The notes below the pieces were generated by a model that saw nothing but the letters and a program-made list of their open reading frames with translations, did no database searches and was not told the origin of the DNA. Below are positions 59,390 through 64,000 of a stretch of DNA of 64,000 nt, one piece after another. The position numbers were made by a program, and so were the translations under genes. Origin of the DNA: Candidatus Brocadiia bacterium (GTDB lineage: Bacteria; Planctomycetota; Brocadiia; CAIUPP01); contig JBEKCB010000026.1 of assembly GCA_050015075.1 (NCBI GenBank), positions 1 through 64,000 of the forward strand, read 5' to 3'. Every line of letters starts with the position of its first letter. Within the stretch, counting starts at the first letter, position 1.

Positions 59390-60334
59390 GTGAAGACTCC
59401 GCCGGCCCGAATGTCGAAGGAAGAATTCGAGCAACTGTTCCGGAAGGTCTGCAATTGGGGAAAGTGGGGGCCGGATGACGAGCGGGGCACGCTCAACTAC
59501 ATCACGCCGGAGCATGTTCGCCGCGCCGCCGGGCTGGTGAAATCCGGGCGGAGCGTGTCGTTGGCCATACCGATCAACAAAACGGCGGGGCCCGACAACC
59601 CGGCGCCGCCGGCGCATTACATGGTCCGCAATCACGACCTGGCCGTGCCGCAAGGCGAACCGCGCTTCGCCGTGGACTACTTCGCCAGCATCTTCCACGG
59701 CGATTGCCACACGCACATGGACGCGCTCTGCCATATCAGCTACAAGGGGAAACTGTACAACGGCAAGCCCGCCGCGAGTGTGACTTCGCAGGGTCCCACA
59801 ACGCTGGATGTTACGGCGTATGCGCAGGGAATCGTCGGCCGCGGCGTTCTCCTGGATATTCCGAAACTGCGCGGCGTCAAGTGGCTCGAACCGGGCGAGG
59901 CCGTGACGGGCGAAGAGCTGGAGGCGGCGGAAAAGGCCCAGGGCGTCAGTCTGGGCCAGGGCGATATGCTCGTCTTTCGTACGGGGCATCACCGCCGCAG
60001 GCTTGAGCTGGGGCCGTGGGACAACAACTACGAGGGCGAAGGCAAGGCCGGACTGCACGCAAAAGCCATGGGCCTGCTGCACGAGAGAAAGGTCGCCGTG
60101 TTCCTTCCCGACGGCGACGGCGAGACCGTGCCCTGCAACGTCGAGGGGATGTCCTTTCCGGTTCACGCGCTTCAGGTCGCGGCCATGGGAATGTGCGTGG
60201 CCGACAGCCTGCAGTTCGAGGAACTGGTCAAAGTCGTGGAGGAAGAGAAACGGCAGGAGTTCATGGTGGTCCTGGCGCCGCTGCGGTTGCCGAGAGGCAC
60301 CGGGTCGCTGTTCAACCCGATTGCCGTCTTCTAG
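59390..60334 (+). CDS. Cyclase family protein
   Basis: NWGKWGPDDERGTLN, HTHMDALCH, GIVGRGVLLD and GTGSLFNPIA motifs. Confidence 0.9.
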   Translation: MKTPPARMSKEEFEQLFRKVCNWGKWGPDDERGTLNYITPEHVRRAAGLVKSGRSVSLAIPINKTAGPDNPAPPAHYMVRNHDLAVPQGEPRFAVDYFASIFHGDCHTHMDALCHISYKGKLYNGKPAASVTSQGPTTLDVTAYAQGIVGRGVLLDIPKLRGVKWLEPGEAVTGEELEAAEKAQGVSLGQGDMLVFRTGHHRRRLELGPWDNNYEGEGKAGLHAKAMGLLHERKVAVFLPDGDGETVPCNVEGMSFPVHALQVAAMGMCVADSLQFEELVKVVEEEKRQEFMVVLAPLRLPRGTGSLFNPIAVF

Positions 60335-60377
60335 TGCTTCCTTGCGGAAATAGGCGTCCTATTTCCGCAAAGAAGCA
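60335..60377. terminator. Hairpin immediately after the cyclase stop
   Basis: tgcttccttgcggaaatagg-cgt-cctatttccgcaaagaagca. Confidence 0.75.
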
Positions 60378-60427
60378 TGACCGCAATAAGTCGCGTCGTT
60401 AGACCGAGTTATACGTTCCGTTGGGCC

Positions 60428-60473
60428 GTGTTTAGTTGCGTAAATTGGTACGCCAATTTACGCAACTAAACAC
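60428..60473. repeat. Perfect AT-rich 21-bp inverted repeat
   Basis: gtgtttagttgcgtaaattgg-tacg-ccaatttacgcaactaaacac. Confidence 0.9.
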
Positions 60474-60510
60474 TAGTTCCGCGCGGAAGGCATGCGCCCC
60501 TGCGCCGCGG

Positions 60511-61908
60511 CTATTCCGGGTCCGCGACCGGCAGGTTTCGCGCGGCGTCGTCGAGCACCAGCGCCCAGTCCATCTGATCGCCGGTGTATGGCGGGACGAA
60601 GACCTGGACGCCGGTGTTGGGGTACTCGCCGATGAATTTCCAGCGGCCCGTCCGCGGGTCATACCAGTGCGCTTTGACCTTCGCGCCGGCGAGCCGGTCC
60701 ATCCGCACGGTGAAGGGATGGCCGAACGGCGTGTACGCCAGCGCGAAGGCGCCGTCCGCCGCGCGCGCGGACTGGATGTGGTCCTCGAGAATCCCCTGGC
60801 CGAAGTGGATGAGGCCCTGGTCCGGCACGAGTTGGTGCCAGGGCCGCATCTCCAGCAGGCGTCGCAGCAGGCCCATGCAGTACGAGCCTTCATAGTTGAT
60901 CGCCTCGCGCCAATTGTACGTTGCCGTCTGCTCCTTCATGAACAGCGAATAATCGGCGTAGGACAGCCTGGGGTTGCCGGCCTCGAAGAACTGCCAGATG
61001 TCCTGCGCGCCGTAGCCCAGCCCCGCCGCCCCGGCGAGCATGTTCCAGTACCCCGCCTCGCGGATCTGGTGCGCGTTGATGCGCGGCTGCTTGCTGTTCG
61101 CCGAAGGGATGTGGTTCTCATACCGGAACTCCATGTCAATCGTCGGCTTCGGCGGCTGCATCAGGTAGTCATGCGTCACGAACTCGTAGCACAGCGTGCC
61201 CCACTGCCATGAGGACTGGATCGTGTTGAAATCGAGCCAGTCCATGTTGTGAAGCCAGAAGGAAGAGGAATATCCCTGAAAACCCGCGGAAGGACCGTGA
61301 CCGTGATAGGAGACCAGTTGCCGTCCTTCGCTGCCTTCCTTCAGCCCTCGCGCCATCGCGGTCCAGACGGGGAAGTCATCCATCGGCGACCGGTCCCCGC
61401 CCAGGTACCAGATCACCGCATTGTCCTTATACCGGCTTCCCAGAAACTTTCCGAAGGCGAATGCGTTGGATTCGGTGAAGACCTGCTCGTCATACCCGAC
61501 CTTGCGCACGTGCTCGCCGACGCAGGTGACGATGCCCATCACCAGCCCGAGTTCGTTCGCGCGGTTCACGATGTAGTCAATATTCCGGAAGAAAGCCTCG
61601 TTGGGCTTGGTCGGGTCGCGGTCGAGCAGCGGATAATCCCCGTAGAGGTTCGCCGCCTTCAACCCGCGCAGGCAATACGCCTGGATCGCCGTGAAACCGC
61701 GCGCGACGCGGTTCTCAAAATAGACGTCCACCTCTTCGTGGTTCAGCCGCTTGAACAGCGTCCATGCGGTGTCGGCCAGGTAATAGAACGGCCTGCCCTC
61801 CGTGGTCATCAGATACCGATGATTGGGCGACACCTTGAATCGCAGGCTCTTCACAGAACCCGGCGACGGAAACAGCGGCTTGCTCAGCCTGACGAACGAC
61901 ATGGCCAT
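60511..61908 (-). CDS. DUF4038 (GH140/apiosidase-like) protein with collagen-binding-like C-domain
   Basis: PFYYLADTAW, RGFT.IQ, WYLGGD, YEN, WYDPRTG and DWALVL motifs. Confidence 0.85.
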   Translation of the reverse strand: MAMSFVRLSKPLFPSPGSVKSLRFKVSPNHRYLMTTEGRPFYYLADTAWTLFKRLNHEEVDVYFENRVARGFTAIQAYCLRGLKAANLYGDYPLLDRDPTKPNEAFFRNIDYIVNRANELGLVMGIVTCVGEHVRKVGYDEQVFTESNAFAFGKFLGSRYKDNAVIWYLGGDRSPMDDFPVWTAMARGLKEGSEGRQLVSYHGHGPSAGFQGYSSSFWLHNMDWLDFNTIQSSWQWGTLCYEFVTHDYLMQPPKPTIDMEFRYENHIPSANSKQPRINAHQIREAGYWNMLAGAAGLGYGAQDIWQFFEAGNPRLSYADYSLFMKEQTATYNWREAINYEGSYCMGLLRRLLEMRPWHQLVPDQGLIHFGQGILEDHIQSARAADGAFALAYTPFGHPFTVRMDRLAGAKVKAHWYDPRTGRWKFIGEYPNTGVQVFVPPYTGDQMDWALVLDDAARNLPVADPE

Positions 61909-61927
61909 GAGAGACTCCTGCCTGACC

Positions 61928-62013
61928 CAACCGGAATTTCCCGGATGGCCGCTCTCCACAGGGCGGTCAGCCTTCACATGTCGCAGTCTGACCATCCGAA
62001 TCCAGCCTGTCAA
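61928..62013 (-). promoter_or_regulatory. Repeated promoter/leader module, copy C
   Basis: ttgacaggctggattcggatggtcagactgcgacatgtgaaggctgaccgccctgtggagagcggccatccgggaaattccggttg. Confidence 0.8.
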
Positions 62014-62074
62014 GTGAAGACGCGCGGCGAAAGTTGCGGCTTGGCGATGAGCTGCGGTAAAATATGCCGGCTGA

Positions 62075-62119
62075 ATTCTCAGTCTGGAGATAAGGGTTCG
62101 AGTCCTTCAGGACGCGCCA
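62075..62119 (+). repeat. Degenerate 3' half of tRNA-Glu (att-like remnant)
   Basis: attctcagtctggagataagggttcgagtccttcaggacgcgcca vs 21382-21426; no 5' half upstream. Confidence 0.85.
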
Positions 62120-62209
62120 TTCGACTTGCTTCGCTCGCTCGTGGCAAGCCATCGCCGGAGCGAACGATTCCGCTTAGAGGATCTCATTGAGGTGGAAGAA
62201 GTGAATGCG

Positions 62210-62965
62210 ATGAAGGGCCGTGTCGCTCTGATTACCGGCGGCGCGCAGGGGATCGGCAAGGCGATAGGCCGCCGATTCCTGGCGGAAGGCGCGCGTGTGG
62301 CGCTGGTGGACGTGGACGCTGAGGCGGGCGAGGAGACTCGAAAAGAGTTCGCCGCGCTCGGCGAGGCGGTGTTCCTGCCCGGCGACGTGGGCCTCGAGGC
62401 GCCCGCTCGCCGTGCCGTGAGGAAGGCCGCCGGCTTGTTCGGGCGGCTGGACGTCCTGGTCAATAACGCCGGCATCGGGATCGGCAAGCCGATCACCGAA
62501 CTGACCCTGAAGGAGTGGAACCGCGTGCTCGCGGTGAACCTGACGGGCGCGTTCCTCTTCGCCCGGCACGCCGCGCCGCACCTGCGGAAGAGCCGCGGGG
62601 CGATCGTCAATATCGCTTCCACTCGCGCGCTCATGTCGGAGCCGAACACGGAGGCGTACTCGGCCTCGAAAGGGGGCATCGTGGCGCTGACGCACGCGCT
62701 GGCGGTTTCCCTGGGGCCGGAGGTGCGGGTGAACTGCATTTCTCCGGGCTGGATCGAGGTGGGCGCGTGGCGCAAGCGTCGCGCGAGAAAGCAGCCGGCG
62801 CACTCCGAGGCGGACCGCGCGCAGCATCCCGTTGGCCGGGTGGGCACGCCGGAAGATATCGCCGCGCTCGCGGCGTACCTGGTCTCGTCCGAGGCGGGCT
62901 TCATCACAGGCGCGAACTTCGTGGCCGACGGCGGGATGACGCGGAAGATGATTTACGTGGAGTAG
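62210..62965 (+). CDS. Short-chain dehydrogenase/reductase
   Basis: TGGAQGIG, NNAG, YSASK and SPGWI motifs. Confidence 0.94.
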   Translation: MKGRVALITGGAQGIGKAIGRRFLAEGARVALVDVDAEAGEETRKEFAALGEAVFLPGDVGLEAPARRAVRKAAGLFGRLDVLVNNAGIGIGKPITELTLKEWNRVLAVNLTGAFLFARHAAPHLRKSRGAIVNIASTRALMSEPNTEAYSASKGGIVALTHALAVSLGPEVRVNCISPGWIEVGAWRKRRARKQPAHSEADRAQHPVGRVGTPEDIAALAAYLVSSEAGFITGANFVADGGMTRKMIYVE

Positions 62966-62983
62966 AACGTTCCGCGGAAACGA

Positions 62984-63046
62984 AATGACCGCTCCGGGCA
63001 TTGCATCGCGCCGGAGCGGTCATTCCGTTCCCGCGATGCGGGAACG
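62984..63046. terminator. Two hairpins between the convergent SDR and cold-shock genes
   Basis: aatgaccgctccgg...ccggagcggtcatt and cgttcccgc-gat-gcgggaacg. Confidence 0.65.
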
Positions 63047-63071
63047 GCGCGCTATAATTGGGTTCGCTGGA

Positions 63072-63281
63072 TTATGACGTAGCCTTGACGACGTTCGCCG
63101 CGCGGGGGCCTTTCTCGCCTTTTTCGACATCGAAGGTGACGATGTCGTTCTCCGCCAAGCTCTTGAAGCCGCTTCCCTGGATTGCGGAATGATGGACGAA
63201 CACGTCCGGCGTGCCGTCATCCGGGGTAATGAAGCCGTACCCCTTCTGATCGCTGAACCACTTCACCTTGCCCTGGGCCAT
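63072..63281 (-). CDS. Cold-shock protein (CspA family)
   Basis: [21 protein letters not shown] and KGPRAANV motifs. Confidence 0.96.
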   Translation of the reverse strand: MAQGKVKWFSDQKGYGFITPDDGTPDVFVHHSAIQGSGFKSLAENDIVTFDVEKGEKGPRAANVVKATS

Positions 63282-63420
63282 ACCGGCTTCCTCACAACCA
63301 AACGGGGCGGCGCGAACCCCGCAAACGGCGGGCCGCCACACTGGGGCCCCGCTTCCGTCATCGGGTCAATCCGCCGTCCGCTGCCGCCCTTGCGCGGCGG
63401 CATTTCGTATAACGGCGCCG

Positions 63421-63449
63421 AGTATACTTTTCGCTATAACCCCAGTCAA
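63421..63449 (-). promoter_or_regulatory. Sigma70 promoter of the cold-shock gene
   Basis: ttgact-17 nt-tatact on -, implying a long 5' UTR as is typical of csp genes. Confidence 0.7.
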
Positions 63450-63563
63450 GGAATTTCCGATGGCCGATTTGCTTGCGGCTTGAACGATCTGTCGGATTCT
63501 GGTACAGTCGCACCGCTGGATGGACGCGCAATGCGGATTCCTTCAAGCCCACTGGAGGGAGCG

Positions 63564-64000
63564 ATGGCATCTTCCGAGCAATCCCTCATCCTCGTCGTAT
63601 CCTGCGAGGGAAAGGATCTCCCGAGTTTGACCGGCGCGCTGAGCGCGGGCGGTTTTCGCGTGGAGGCGGCCGGGTCGTCGGCCGAAGCGGAGACGCTCTT
63701 CCGCGAGCACCGGCACGCCCTGGCGCTGGTGGATCTGTCCAGCCCGCCCGAGGCGCTCGCCGTTGTGCAGGCGCTGCGGGGCATTGATTCTGCGCTGCCG
63801 GTGGTGATCCTGGCGGACCGGAGCCAGACGAAGGACGTGGCCCGCGCGATCGAGAAGGGGGCTTTCGACTGGATCGCGAAACCGGTGGATTCGCCGAAGC
63901 TGGTGGGATTGATCTCGTCGCTCATCGCTCGGCGCGGGAACCTGGTGAGGCCGGTCTCGCTGGAAGGCGGGCTGCGCGAGGAGCCGAATTTCCGCAAGAT
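63564..64000 (+). CDS. Receiver-domain response regulator, partial (runs off the window)
   Basis: RBS ggaggg; LALVDL, LPVVILA and AIEKGAFDWIAKP; not listed in the ORF track. Confidence 0.8.
   Translation, partial: MASSEQSLILVVSCEGKDLPSLTGALSAGGFRVEAAGSSAEAETLFREHRHALALVDLSSPPEALAVVQALRGIDSALPVVILADRSQTKDVARAIEKGAFDWIAKPVDSPKLVGLISSLIARRGNLVRPVSLEGGLREEPNFRK

Larger units (their letters stand above)
21382..62119. mobile_element. Putative decayed genomic island integrated at tRNA-Glu
   Basis: Direct repeat of the tRNA 3' 45 nt (21382-21426 vs 62075-62119, 38/45 identical); accessory cargo, pseudogene fragments, internal repeats; no intact integrase. Confidence 0.75.

Noticed and set aside
60390-60430. 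Integron attC sites (gttagac, gttgggc)
   Set aside because: No complementary RYYYAAC partner at a suitable distance and no IntI gene.
62040-62119. Second functional tRNA-Glu
   Set aside because: No matching 5' acceptor strand or D-arm, and the T-stem is damaged; treated as an att remnant.

Overview
GC-rich bacterial chromosome segment. A PVC/Planctomycetota-like anaerobe is suggested by the ECF sigma + Ser/Thr kinase pair, many secreted glycan enzymes and the palindrome types, but this is inference only. 1-13.3 kb is housekeeping: obgE-coaX-[Type IIG restriction-modification fusion]-rpmE-prfA-prmC-murA on -, then an isomerase, gatB, leuC and leuD on +. 13.5-21.3 kb holds accessory genes. An intact tRNA-Glu(CTC) lies at 21351-21426 and a degenerate copy of its 3' 45 nt at 62075-62119; together they bracket a ~40.6 kb genomic island with no intact integrase. 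The island carries glycan-active enzymes (BNR/sialidase, GH1, GH10, beta-helix enzymes, DUF4038-like), three tandem paralogues of an unknown secreted family, two small coiled-coil/winged-helix DNA-binding paralogues, an ECF-unknown-STK-atypical Wzc-J-domain cluster, a 1612-aa PAS-like/60-aa-repeat coiled-coil protein and a small catabolic cluster. The main unannotated signal is a homologous ~50-85 nt promoter/leader module in 5-6 copies, always on the - strand upstream of unrelated cargo genes. Two copies sit back-to-back with a covarying stem-loop and truncated ThiF genes, one fused to a resolvase-like HTH remnant; one copy lies next to the tRNA remnant. No rRNA, CRISPR array, intact transposase or integrase was seen. 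All alignments were done by eye.
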